From Coleofasciculus sp. B1-GNL1-01 (GTDB lineage Bacteria; Cyanobacteriota; Cyanobacteriia; Cyanobacteriales; Coleofasciculaceae), in assembly GCA_040220235.1 (NCBI GenBank), contig JAVJTO010000017.1: a stretch of DNA of 64,000 nt; one strand, written 5' to 3'. Position numbers and translations under genes: made by a program. Under the pieces are notes generated by a model. It was given only the letters and a program-made list of their open reading frames with translations. It did no database searches and was not told where the DNA came from. Below, in pieces: positions 20,974 to 30,506 of the stretch; the stretch's first letter is position 1, and every line of letters starts with the position of its first letter.

Positions 20974-21831
20974 TTAATTTCCCGGCGACAAAACCTGGTA
21001 GGGTTGATTATTGATTTCCCAGTGCTGAATTGATTGATAGAGTTGAGTGGTGCGGAAATAAGAATCCTCGTAAGCGAGTCGTAATTCTCTCTCCAGAGTA
21101 TCGGGTTTAACCTCGTTGGTATTCCATGACCCCCACACTTTGCTCAATCCTATCGATAAGATACAAATAATATCGTGACCACAGCAGACTTGCCAAGGAT
21201 CGTGGGCAGTTTTTTCTAAAGTTTCTATACCTCTTTGAATATCTTGGTCTCTCAGTCCCAATTTTTGTGAGTGACCTTTAACAAGTTTAATCAGTGTATC
21301 TGTATCAATAAATAACGTGGATTTGTCAATAAATTTACTAAAACTTAAATCTTCAAACTTCAGGGAAAGATTTTCTTTCAATGAAACCCATCGTAAATAT
21401 CCAATCCTTTTCCCCCTTTCCAGCAACGTTAAACGGATGATATCTTTACCAAACTTATTTATCTTGTTCTCTGAACCACGTTCGGAAAGTACTTTGTCTA
21501 AAGCCAGCGATTTAATCAGCATCATTTCCAGATCATGCTCATCGGTTAAGAGTAGGTTTAAGCTATAAGGTAAAGTCCCCTCTAGTCGGCAAAAGTCTGC
21601 ATCTACAATGGCGAGAACACCCGCAAAATTATCTTGTTCAAGAATCTTTATAGCAGCAACAGCATTCTCTTTACCATTAGCGATAGAAAATTCACAGTTT
21701 GTCCCATCTATAAAACGCTCATACACGAGCTTATCACTGCGCCCCTCTACGATTATAAAAGAACCTTTGTGACTACTACGCCGCATCCGAATTTGATTTG
21801 CAATCCGATCTGGGGTAATAAATTCTCTCAT
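20974..21831 (-). CDS. DUF4435/TOPRIM protein, PARIS AriB-like
   Basis: IVEGRSD (TOPRIM Glu), IVDADF (DxD), DLEMML, CGHD; 4-bp overlap with the upstream ATPase. Confidence 0.75.
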   Translation of the reverse strand: MREFITPDRIANQIRMRRSSHKGSFIIVEGRSDKLVYERFIDGTNCEFSIANGKENAVAAIKILEQDNFAGVLAIVDADFCRLEGTLPYSLNLLLTDEHDLEMMLIKSLALDKVLSERGSENKINKFGKDIIRLTLLERGKRIGYLRWVSLKENLSLKFEDLSFSKFIDKSTLFIDTDTLIKLVKGHSQKLGLRDQDIQRGIETLEKTAHDPWQVCCGHDIICILSIGLSKVWGSWNTNEVKPDTLERELRLAYEDSYFRTTQLYQSIQHWEINNQPYQVLSPGN

Positions 21832-23192
21832 TCCGCTGGTCCTTTTAACTCAACCGTTAAATCCCAGCGATCGTGGATGATATCGGGCGAATGAGTTGCA
21901 ATTAAAACATCAATATTAGACAGTTTAGTTATTTCTTGTAAATCTTTAAGAAATTGCACTTGCCACTCGACGTGTAATGATAGTTCTGGTTCATCAATGA
22001 GAATTAAAGAATTAGGTTTAACTTTGAATAATAACTCATAAAGAAGGACAAGTTCGTGCTGTTCTCCAGATGACAAATTTGTCGGCGATAATGAGTTGCC
22101 ATTATCAGTGGTAAAAGTAAACCCCTTGTCTTTACTAATATTTATCTGCTTGTAAGAAAATTTATCATTAATAATCCTTTTAATCAAATCAGTTTTTCTA
22201 GCTATCTCATTAAATACACTGAGTTTTTTATCGACATCTTCTATATAAACTGACAAAATTTTCTTTGTACTTTCGTCTATATCGCCTTGAATTTGAAAAT
22301 TCGGATCTTCATCTCTGTTTAAAAGTCCAGCTTCTATTAATTTAGAACGTTTTTCTTCAAGCTCATTGAGTTTCTGTCTTAATTCTTCGTCCGTTAGTTC
22401 AGGCAGTTGTTTTTGTTGAACTACTCTTGCTGGAAAAGTTCTATCAAGTGACTGAGACAAAGTACCGTATTCAGTCAGCTTGGCTTGGATATTTTCGGCA
22501 AGTTCTTTGGCATAACTTGCAACAGAAGGTGACATTAATGGGGGACGGTTATTGAATAGTTGTGATCGTTTATTATATGCTGAATTTAACAAACGCTGGT
22601 ATTCTATAAAACGAACATTGATAGAATTGGTTAATTCTTTTAACCAATCTTCGGTGGGTGTGATAAAAGTTTCTCCTGCTCCAGGAATACCTTCACCGAA
22701 ACGATCTAAAACTTCTATCAAAGATAGTTCTTCACTAGTAGGCATATAGAACCACCGACTCCCTCCTATTCTTTCAAGTCCAGGTATAATATCTTCGATT
22801 ACTCTGACAGCATTCAAAGCTCTACGCTTTTCTTCTTTAATGATAAAGTCTGTGGAAAATTCCTTGGTATTATTATGGCTTTGGTTTTCAAAATAGAACG
22901 TTAGTCTATTTCTCTCATCAGAATCAGAGTTTCCTTTTTTAATGTTTTTTTTATTTGCCTTATTTACTTTGATATAATCATCATTGTCAAAGTTTATTTT
23001 TAGATGACTAAATGGGATAGCACGAAGCTCTGAATACCGCAATTTAAAAAAGCCATTAATCAGCTTTAGTAATGTGGTTTTTCCTACTCCATTTTTACCA
23101 TGAATTATGGTAATACGCTCTTCCAAATTCAGGGAGACAACATACTCAAAAACACCGAATAAATCAGTGACTGAAATTTGATTAATTCTCAT
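21828..23192 (-). CDS. ABC/AAA_21-type ATPase, PARIS AriA-like
   Basis: Walker A GKNGVGKT, signature LSSGEQ, Walker B/D-loop LIDEPELSLH, ATHSP switch, coiled-coil insert. Confidence 0.8.
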   Translation of the reverse strand: MRINQISVTDLFGVFEYVVSLNLEERITIIHGKNGVGKTTLLKLINGFFKLRYSELRAIPFSHLKINFDNDDYIKVNKANKKNIKKGNSDSDERNRLTFYFENQSHNNTKEFSTDFIIKEEKRRALNAVRVIEDIIPGLERIGGSRWFYMPTSEELSLIEVLDRFGEGIPGAGETFITPTEDWLKELTNSINVRFIEYQRLLNSAYNKRSQLFNNRPPLMSPSVASYAKELAENIQAKLTEYGTLSQSLDRTFPARVVQQKQLPELTDEELRQKLNELEEKRSKLIEAGLLNRDEDPNFQIQGDIDESTKKILSVYIEDVDKKLSVFNEIARKTDLIKRIINDKFSYKQINISKDKGFTFTTDNGNSLSPTNLSSGEQHELVLLYELLFKVKPNSLILIDEPELSLHVEWQVQFLKDLQEITKLSNIDVLIATHSPDIIHDRWDLTVELKGPAE

Positions 23193-23210
23193 AAGTATTT
23201 CCCCGAAACG

Positions 23211-24527
23211 CTAAAGTAAACGTAATTGATTCTTTTGATTCCCTTTTCCCACTTGACTCGCTTCCTGCTTATCGTCTCTCGACTCCTCTACCTCTAACCA
23301 ACTATCTCCTTGCCCATCCAATAAATATTGCGCCGCTTCTAACATATCGGCGGCAATATCTTTTAAATTATCTTGACTGTCTAAATACGTCTTCAGCGCA
23401 TCCATGGGATTCATGCTGCTACCCACGCCCAATTCTGGTAAACGTGGACGGGCTAACTGACTGGCTAATTCGGGGCGAATCGTATAACTGTGGGCTTCAC
23501 TCAGGGCTTGATGAATTTTACTATTATCGATTAAATCCAACTGATCAGAACGAACTTTATAAATCAACCGAACTACAGCATCATCAATCGTTTTTTTCTT
23601 AATCGCTTTAAGTAATGCTGCTTCTGGATCAGCTTCCTCAGCCAGATTCACGTTAATCGTGCAGAATGGACGCACAGGTAAGGGACAAAATTGCCACTCA
23701 ACCTTACCTTTATCTAACTCAATTAACACATAACCCTTGTCTTCCTTTTCCTCACTAAAATCAACCCGTTCAATACTACCCGGATAAATCACTGGTGGGT
23801 TATTCGATGGATTCAGATTTTGATGGCGGTGAACATGACCTAATGCTACATAATCAAAACACGATCGCGCCATCAGTGACAGGGGAATAGTAAAGCCTTT
23901 CCCTACAGCCAAAAAACGCTCTGCACCAAAACTAGCACGGTCTGCCATTAAATGGGCTAAGAGTATGGTTGGCGCTTGGGAATCTAGCCGCCGAATTTCT
24001 CCTTCTAAAATCGGTTCAAGGCGTTGAATTAATAACTCATTCACCTCGCCTAAGGCTAACCCTTCAGTTTCTGGGCGTGTCAGTAAACTGGAACGAGTTA
24101 ACCAAGGTAAAGTAATCACTTGGACTAAACCCTTCCGGGTTTGAATTGGATGCGTCGCCAGCGTATCACCCACAATAAATCCAGGCACACCTAGGGTACG
24201 ATAAATACATAAACTTGCCCCCCCATTGCCTTGGGAATGTTGGTCATGATTCCCAACTAGCAATACCGTGGGAATTTCTGCATCCACTAAGCGGCGAAAT
24301 TGCGTAGCAAAGGCTTCTTGCACATAAGGGGGAGGTGTGGCGTCAGGAAATGCATCGCCGCCAAATAAGACTAAATCCACGGGTTCAGCAATGGCGCGAT
24401 CAATACATTGAGATAAGGTATTGACAAAATCTTCCAGTCGTGTATTTAACCCCGTTTCTGGGTTAGTTCGCCCATGGGAGAAACCACTACCCAGATGGAT
24501 ATCTGATAGGTGAAGAATTTTAATCAT
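23211..24527 (-). CDS. sbcD: Exonuclease SbcD (Mre11 family)
   Basis: HLSDIHLG, GGD, GNHD, LGHVH, YPGSIERVDFSE. Confidence 0.95.
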   Translation of the reverse strand: MIKILHLSDIHLGSGFSHGRTNPETGLNTRLEDFVNTLSQCIDRAIAEPVDLVLFGGDAFPDATPPPYVQEAFATQFRRLVDAEIPTVLLVGNHDQHSQGNGGASLCIYRTLGVPGFIVGDTLATHPIQTRKGLVQVITLPWLTRSSLLTRPETEGLALGEVNELLIQRLEPILEGEIRRLDSQAPTILLAHLMADRASFGAERFLAVGKGFTIPLSLMARSCFDYVALGHVHRHQNLNPSNNPPVIYPGSIERVDFSEEKEDKGYVLIELDKGKVEWQFCPLPVRPFCTINVNLAEEADPEAALLKAIKKKTIDDAVVRLIYKVRSDQLDLIDNSKIHQALSEAHSYTIRPELASQLARPRLPELGVGSSMNPMDALKTYLDSQDNLKDIAADMLEAAQYLLDGQGDSWLEVEESRDDKQEASQVGKGNQKNQLRLL

Positions 24528-24636
24528 AATCGTGTAGAGACGTGCCATGGCACGTCTGGTGATTGCCTGTCTGTAGGGGCTTTCGTTTTCTTATCGATGA
24601 TAACGTTAATTCAAAACCTGCCCAACCAATGACCAA

Positions 24637-24978
24637 TTAATCAGCAAATTGGTTCAGAATACTTGCAACGACAGACAACACAATTGAACCAATCAAGGCG
24701 TCAAGAGGTCCACTAATGGTAAACATGGCACCCGTTAGGTAGGCGACTAAGGACAAGGATATGGCATTAATCACTAACAAAAATAGCCCCAATGTCACAA
24801 TCGTCAAGGGTAGAGTCAGCATAATCAGAATCGGTCTGACGATAGCATTGACAATCCCTAAGATAACCGCCGCGATCGCCGCCGTGGCAAAACTCCCGAT
24901 CTCAATACCCGGTACGATATAGGCAGTGATGACTAATGCCAGTGCCGTAAACAGCCACGTTAAGAGAAAATGTTTCAT
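24637..24978 (-). CDS. 4-TM phage-holin-family (YvlD-like) membrane protein
   Basis: NAIVRPIL..LTLPLTIVTLGLF..VINA signature. Confidence 0.85.
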   Translation of the reverse strand: MKHFLLTWLFTALALVITAYIVPGIEIGSFATAAIAAVILGIVNAIVRPILIMLTLPLTIVTLGLFLLVINAISLSLVAYLTGAMFTISGPLDALIGSIVLSVVASILNQFAD

Positions 24979-25008
24979 GGGTTTGGTCGAATATCACATA
25001 TCCGAATT

Positions 25009-25791
25009 CTAACTGGCGAGACGTTCTGGTGTTTGCGGCTGTAGTAACGATACCAATTCATTTATCCCCCGTTGCAGGTGTCGCGTTACCGTCATCGGAC
25101 TAACACCAATGTGTTTAGCCGCTTCTTTGCGCGGGAGATCCCGGAAAAAGACGAACTCAATCGCCGCTTGGGTTTTGGTTTCCAGTTGCGCGATCGCGCC
25201 TTGTAACTGCTGTCGGTCTTCTTCCCAGTGCTGCAAGGTTTGGTCATAACTATCCGGTAGCATATCACCCAACGTGACCGGATGATCGACATTATGACCC
25301 ACCGTCAAATCTAAACTCAAGGGTAAACGATTTTTCGAGGCTAATTTACTCTCCTGCCATTCTTGCATCGAAATATTCAGCGCTTGAGCAATTTCCGCCT
25401 CTTTTGGCGGACGTCCTAATGTAGCGGTTAACCGCTTACTGACGCGCTGTCCTTCCTGCTGAAGTTCTTGCCAACGACGAGGAATCTTGACAATATTTCC
25501 TTTATCTCTAAGAAAATGTAGCATCTCGCCGCGAATAAATGGCACAGCAAAGGAACTAAAGGCATACCCTTGATCCGGCTTGAACCGTTCAATCGCCCGA
25601 ATCAAACCCAGATAGCCAAGTTGTACCAAATCGTCATAAGGTTCGCTACATTGCTGGCTGACGCGATAAGCAATTTTCTTCACCAATCCACTATTTAACC
25701 GGACAAGCTGATTACGTAACTCAATGGAAGGATTTTGGGAGTACGCCATCAATAATTCCATTCCGCGAACATTAATTGATTGAGCTGTCAT
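25009..25791 (-). CDS. sigF: Group 3 RNA polymerase sigma factor SigF
   Basis: LRNQLVRLN, DLVQLGYLGLIRAIERF, AFSSFAVPFIRGEMLHFLRD, region 4 HTH GVSPMTVTR. Confidence 0.88.
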   Translation of the reverse strand: MTAQSINVRGMELLMAYSQNPSIELRNQLVRLNSGLVKKIAYRVSQQCSEPYDDLVQLGYLGLIRAIERFKPDQGYAFSSFAVPFIRGEMLHFLRDKGNIVKIPRRWQELQQEGQRVSKRLTATLGRPPKEAEIAQALNISMQEWQESKLASKNRLPLSLDLTVGHNVDHPVTLGDMLPDSYDQTLQHWEEDRQQLQGAIAQLETKTQAAIEFVFFRDLPRKEAAKHIGVSPMTVTRHLQRGINELVSLLQPQTPERLAS

Positions 25792-26050
25792 GATGAATAA
25801 ACCAACACCTGTGCTACGGTGTCCTCTAACAGGGCTTGAATATTTAGTCAGTAATCTTGACCCTATTGTCGAAACAGATGAACAATTCAACCATCGTTGT
25901 TTTACGGAAATTTAAAGGAGGGGTGGTGGGCGTCTCCGCAAAAATACGTAAATGATAAAAATGGGTTGGTCTTGAGTTATCTTGGTTTATACTCTAGAGT
26001 GAATTATTTCTCCTCCCGCTTCCCCCGCTTCCCTAGCTCCCCCTGGCAAC

Positions 26051-26082
26051 GTAAACTTGTATAAAGCTTTATCCCCTCACCC
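26051..26082 (+). repeat. Left 32-bp direct repeat of the defence block
   Basis: GTAAACTTGTATAAAGCTTTATCCCCTCACCC; 30/32 identical to 32320-32351. Confidence 0.85.
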
Positions 26083-26173
26083 TGCTTGCGCTGAGGGTGG
26101 GTACTCCCGCAAACACGTTGACCCTGAGCGAAGTCGAAGGGTCAACACCGAGCGAAGCCGAGGTGCTGATTGT

Positions 26174-26276
26174 TAAGCTGTTCGGCATTTAAACCTTAAT
26201 GTCAATAATGGCGAAAGCCTTGTAGTGCGAGCATCTTGCTCGCTACTAATACCCAATTTAAATGCATGACAGCTTA
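26174..26276. mobile_element. ~105-bp MITE, copy 2
   Basis: Same TIRs and internal palindrome as 19331-19436; supplies the stop codon of the 26258 ORF. Confidence 0.75.
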
Positions 26277-26704
26277 TTCCGAGATAACATCTGATGGAAG
26301 GTGACAATCACGGTATATTCATCTTTATCACAAGAAACCTTAAAACGACGCTTGGGATACAGTGACTTGAGATGATTTGCCCACATTTGTTTGATCAATT
26401 GTCCCAAATAAAATAAGTTATCGATTCCAACACATTCTGAACCAGGAAGCAAATCATCAATGTGCTGATGGTTCATTACCTGTTCAATGGCGGCAATATC
26501 ATCTGCGAGTTTTGCTTGCCACTGTTTATAGGTTTCTAGATGGAAGGTTTCTAATAAAAATATACCGCCTTCATGTTCAACAACGTCAGGGAAAAAGAGT
26601 TTGGTGAAGGCTAAAGCCACTTCAATATTAGCGACTCCACCCAGATAATCCCAGAGTGAAAAATCATCGCCATTGGCTTTTTTCCACTGCTGGAAATCGC
26701 TCAT
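26258..26704 (-). CDS. Probable immunity protein of a polymorphic toxin
   Basis: ~148-aa acidic/aromatic protein whose ATG starts 1 nt after the toxin-fragment stop (TGA-G-ATG). Confidence 0.55.
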   Translation of the reverse strand: MSDFQQWKKANGDDFSLWDYLGGVANIEVALAFTKLFFPDVVEHEGGIFLLETFHLETYKQWQAKLADDIAAIEQVMNHQHIDDLLPGSECVGIDNLFYLGQLIKQMWANHLKSLYPKRRFKVSCDKDEYTVIVTFHQMLSRNKLSCI

Positions 26705-26705
26705 C

Positions 26706-26880
26706 TCATCTGTATTTAAGGATAGGCGTTGGTGTTCCTGCATGAGCTTTACCCGTCAAGTCTACTCGCTTAATTGCCCGTCCATTGTCATCGTAGACAA
26801 TATAGCTAGTTATGTTACCGTCATCTAAACGATAACGCACCTCTCTAACACTTGCTCCATCCAGAGGAAATCTCCTATTA
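26706..26880 (-). pseudogene. Polymorphic toxin C-terminal remnant (Ntox24-like RNase)
   Basis: RYRLDDGNITSYIVYDDNGRAIKRVDLTGKAHAGTPTP resembles the Ntox24 motif; no start codon, 5' end abuts a REP palindrome at 26881-26905. Confidence 0.55.
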
Positions 26881-27047
26881 TGTAGAGACGCGCCATGGCG
26901 CGTCTGGAACAATGACGCCGAAAGTCCTAATCGATGTGTCTACTATATAAAAGCTCCAATGTCAAAGCCCAAAGCCAATCTCCTGATTGTGTGTCAAACT
27001 GGTAGAAGTGCTACTCATCATTGGAAACAATTAGGGGCAAATCAATC

Positions 27048-30000
27048 ATGTCCGTTCGCCTCATCAATAGTCGATATGCTCTATCTTCCAATCCTCTCTC
27101 AGGAGGGATGGCTGAGGTTTATCGAGCAAGAGATTTAGAGGATGATGAGGAAAGACGGGTTGCGGTGAAGTTATTCACACAAAGGAATATTGAAGAGGAA
27201 ATCATCGCTGAATCCTTTAGGCGCGAAACTCAAGCCCTCCAGGAATTGAAGCATCCCGGAATCGTGGAACTCCTCGACTCAGGTAAAGATGAACAGAGGG
27301 GTCATCATTTCCTGGTTTTGGAGTGGATGGAAAAGGATTTAACCGCACTTCTGGAAGAATCCCCGCTGGATAAATGGGACTCATTTTGGCTGGCGGTAGG
27401 TTTACCGATACTCGACGCTTTGGCGTTCTCTCATAATCGTAACTGTGTTCACCGAGATATCAAACCCAGTAATATTTTAGTTGGTAGTGATGGCAAGCCA
27501 AAACTGGCTGACTTTGGCATTTCTAAGCTGAAAAGCTACCTGCAACCTCGTGTGACACTCAGGGAGTTTGTTTCTCGTCCCTTCACACCGCCAGAGGAGG
27601 ATGATGGTTCTTATACCTATACTCGCGATGTCTTCAGCTTCGGCGTTTTGGTGCTCAAGTGCCTAACAACTGTAGAGCTTGTCAATTACGATAGCATTAA
27701 TCACGCGATCGCAGCCTTGAATGCGCCAAAGTCAATTATTGACATTATCGAGCGTGCTGTCTCCCTTGATCCCGCAGAACGTCAACCAAACGCCGAGGTT
27801 CTCCTAGCAGAACTTAAAGCTATTCAAAGCAGTCAAACCCAAACTGGACAAAGGAAAAAACGCCCTTGCTTCCTTGAGTTGACACCTAAATGCTTGAACC
27901 GACTTGAGAGTGAACTGGATAATTCTTCCCAAGTTGAAATCCAGAACATTATTCTGAGTGATCTCAATAATGAATGTGGAAGTGGGATTCGTCCCTATAA
28001 ATTCAAAGATAAAATATCTGATGATCCAAATAGTGCTGATCACTATGAAATTTATGGGATTTCCTACCGTTATCACGTCAAAGTCGATGAAAAACGACGG
28101 AACAACCTAGTTGTTTTTAATGCTTGGTCTTCTTCCTACTCACAACTCGAACAGCGTCGCGAGCGGGCTTGGATTCTACCCTATGAGTTCAATTTTGACC
28201 GCCCACTGAATGTATATGAAGCAACAGAAGTAATTCAGGAGCTACAAGACGCGGTTATAGAGCATGAAGCCAGTCTAAGAGAACGAGAAGAAGAAGAAGA
28301 AAAACAACGCTTATTTCGGATATGGGGTGATATTCTTAGAGCCAAAACAGACTGGGAAGAAAAACGCGAGACACCGATTCGATATAAACACTTTACCGAT
28401 CAGGATAATCGCGTTGTCTTTGAAATAGAATCCCTTCCCGATGACGACATTACTGGACAACCTCGTCATGTCAAGACTGCCAAGGGCTATAGCGTACTTC
28501 GAGGAGATGTTGAAGAAATAAACGATGATCAATTAACCCTATACATTAGATATGGAACGCCTGATCGATTACCAAAATCAGGAGAACTACGCTTTGATAG
28601 TCATGCGGCTGAAGTTGCCCTAAGTCGCCAGAAAGTGGCTTTGGATGCTGTGCGATTTGACCGTGCTGTTCGCGCAGATTTACGCAAGTTACTGGTTAAT
28701 CCCCAACAAGCCTGTTCTCCAAATTTCGATCAAACCATACCGTTTATTCAATCCCTCAATTTGTCGCAACAGGAAGTTGTTAAAGCCGCACTCTCGACTG
28801 ATGATTTTCTGATTGTTCAAGGTCCACCCGGTACAGGAAAAACAACGTTTATTACAGAAGTTATCCTGCAAACGATTCAGCAAAACCCGGATGCACGAAT
28901 TCTGCTCAGTTCCCAGACTCATGTCGCTCTCGATAATGCCCTCGAACGGATTCAAGCGAAAAATCCTAATTTAAAATTGCTGCGGATTGGCAACCATGAA
29001 CGGGTATCAGAAAAGGTTCATTTGCTTCTACTCGATGAACAGATGAATCAGTGGAGAGAAGATGTTATTGCTAAGGGAAAAAAGTTCATTGCTAATTGGT
29101 CAGCCCAACGGGGTATTTCTCCCCATGACAGTGAAATGTCAAGTTTGTTTCAAGCGTTAAAAAATACAACCATAAAGCTTAATACGCTGAGAGGAGAAAT
29201 TAAAATTTGGCAGCAAGATTTAGATGAGATTTGCCCTAATGCCTACAATCCGGACAAGCAAAACTCACTAGCGATAGAGAGAATACCTGAAGACAGGGTA
29301 GATGAAGTTCAAAGTATTGTCGAAGAAATTGAGCGTTTGCGTCAGCAGTCTAAACTGGCTCGCGATGAGCAAAAGAAAACAGCTAAACGCTTATATAAGT
29401 TAAGTGAAATCGAATATGATGAACTATTGAATATGCCAGTTGAGGAGTTAGAAGGTTATGCAAGGCTCTTGATTGATGACGCTAACAGTTCTGACGCAAA
29501 TATGCTGCAAAACTTGCTGAGTATTCAGACAGAATGGTTTGAGCAGTTTGGTCGCAATGAAACATTTACTACTCCTTTAATTAAGCGATCGCAAGTCGTG
29601 GCGGGAACCTGTATCGGGATTCCCAGAGACATTCAGGATATCGAATTTGACTTGTGTATTGTCGATGAAGCCTCCAAAGCGACGGCGACAGAAGCGTTAG
29701 TTCCCTTAGCGCGATCGCGACGCTGGATTCTAGTTGGTGATCCTCAACAACTTCCCCCATTCCAAGATGAAGCGAGTCGAGATACTGAATTTCTAAACAA
29801 GTATGATCTGAATCAAGAGGATATCAAAGAAACGTTATTTGATTATCTCTTGAGAAGGCTTCCCGAAGCTAACCGCAAAATGTTGACAATTCAACATCGC
29901 ATGGTTAAACCGATTGGCGAGTTAGTCAGTCAGTGTTTTTATGAAGGTAACATTGAAAGTGCCAGAACTGATATAGATGCTAATCTCAACTTGGTTATCC

Positions 30001-30506
30001 CTAAACCCGTGACTTGGTTGACGACGACAAAATTGCAAAATCGTCGTGAACAGTATGCGAATCCTAGCTATAACAATGTCTGTGAAGTAAACGTTATTAT
30101 TAAATTGCTCCAACAACTCAATCATAAGGCAATTCAGGCTAAAATTAACTACAGCATTGCTGTATTAACCGGATACTCAGCCCAATTAAAATTACTCAAT
30201 CGTTACCTAGCTTCAGAATCAGATAAGTTGTCAGCACTGACAATTGAGTGCAATACCGTTGATGCATTTCAAGGGCGCGAAGCTGATATTGCTGTATACT
30301 CGGTGACTCGTTCTAATAAAAAGGGTGACATGGGTTTTCTCCGGGAGTATGAGCGGCTGAATGTAGCGTTATCTAGAGGAAAAGTTGGTTTAGTTATTGT
30401 CGGCGATCATCTCTTCTGTCGCACCTCACGCCATAATCCTCTTAGTCGAGTTGTGGATTATGTTGAGCGTAATCCAGAGTATTGTTCTCTCCAGGAGGCT
30501 AAGTAA
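27048..30506 (+). CDS. Ser/Thr kinase fused to SF1 (UPF1/DNA2-like) helicase, Mokosh type I MkoA-like
   Basis: Kinase: GGMAEVY, VAVK, HRDIKPSN, DFG. Helicase: QGPPGTGKT, DEASK, VGDPQQLPP, QHRM, TVDAFQGRE, RLNVALSRG. Confidence 0.85.
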   Translation: MSVRLINSRYALSSNPLSGGMAEVYRARDLEDDEERRVAVKLFTQRNIEEEIIAESFRRETQALQELKHPGIVELLDSGKDEQRGHHFLVLEWMEKDLTALLEESPLDKWDSFWLAVGLPILDALAFSHNRNCVHRDIKPSNILVGSDGKPKLADFGISKLKSYLQPRVTLREFVSRPFTPPEEDDGSYTYTRDVFSFGVLVLKCLTTVELVNYDSINHAIAALNAPKSIIDIIERAVSLDPAERQPNAEVLLAELKAIQSSQTQTGQRKKRPCFLELTPKCLNRLESELDNSSQVEIQNIILSDLNNECGSGIRPYKFKDKISDDPNSADHYEIYGISYRYHVKVDEKRRNNLVVFNAWSSSYSQLEQRRERAWILPYEFNFDRPLNVYEATEVIQELQDAVIEHEASLREREEEEEKQRLFRIWGDILRAKTDWEEKRETPIRYKHFTDQDNRVVFEIESLPDDDITGQPRHVKTAKGYSVLRGDVEEINDDQLTLYIRYGTPDRLPKSGELRFDSHAAEVALSRQKVALDAVRFDRAVRADLRKLLVNPQQACSPNFDQTIPFIQSLNLSQQEVVKAALSTDDFLIVQGPPGTGKTTFITEVILQTIQQNPDARILLSSQTHVALDNALERIQAKNPNLKLLRIGNHERVSEKVHLLLLDEQMNQWREDVIAKGKKFIANWSAQRGISPHDSEMSSLFQALKNTTIKLNTLRGEIKIWQQDLDEICPNAYNPDKQNSLAIERIPEDRVDEVQSIVEEIERLRQQSKLARDEQKKTAKRLYKLSEIEYDELLNMPVEELEGYARLLIDDANSSDANMLQNLLSIQTEWFEQFGRNETFTTPLIKRSQVVAGTCIGIPRDIQDIEFDLCIVDEASKATATEALVPLARSRRWILVGDPQQLPPFQDEASRDTEFLNKYDLNQEDIKETLFDYLLRRLPEANRKMLTIQHRMVKPIGELVSQCFYEGNIESARTDIDANLNLVIPKPVTWLTTTKLQNRREQYANPSYNNVCEVNVIIKLLQQLNHKAIQAKINYSIAVLTGYSAQLKLLNRYLASESDKLSALTIECNTVDAFQGREADIAVYSVTRSNKKGDMGFLREYERLNVALSRGKVGLVIVGDHLFCRTSRHNPLSRVVDYVERNPEYCSLQEAK

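Noticed and set aside
24637..24978. Holin as evidence of a prophage
   Set aside because: This 4-TM family is a common chromosomal gene, and there are no phage structural, lysis or integrase genes nearby.
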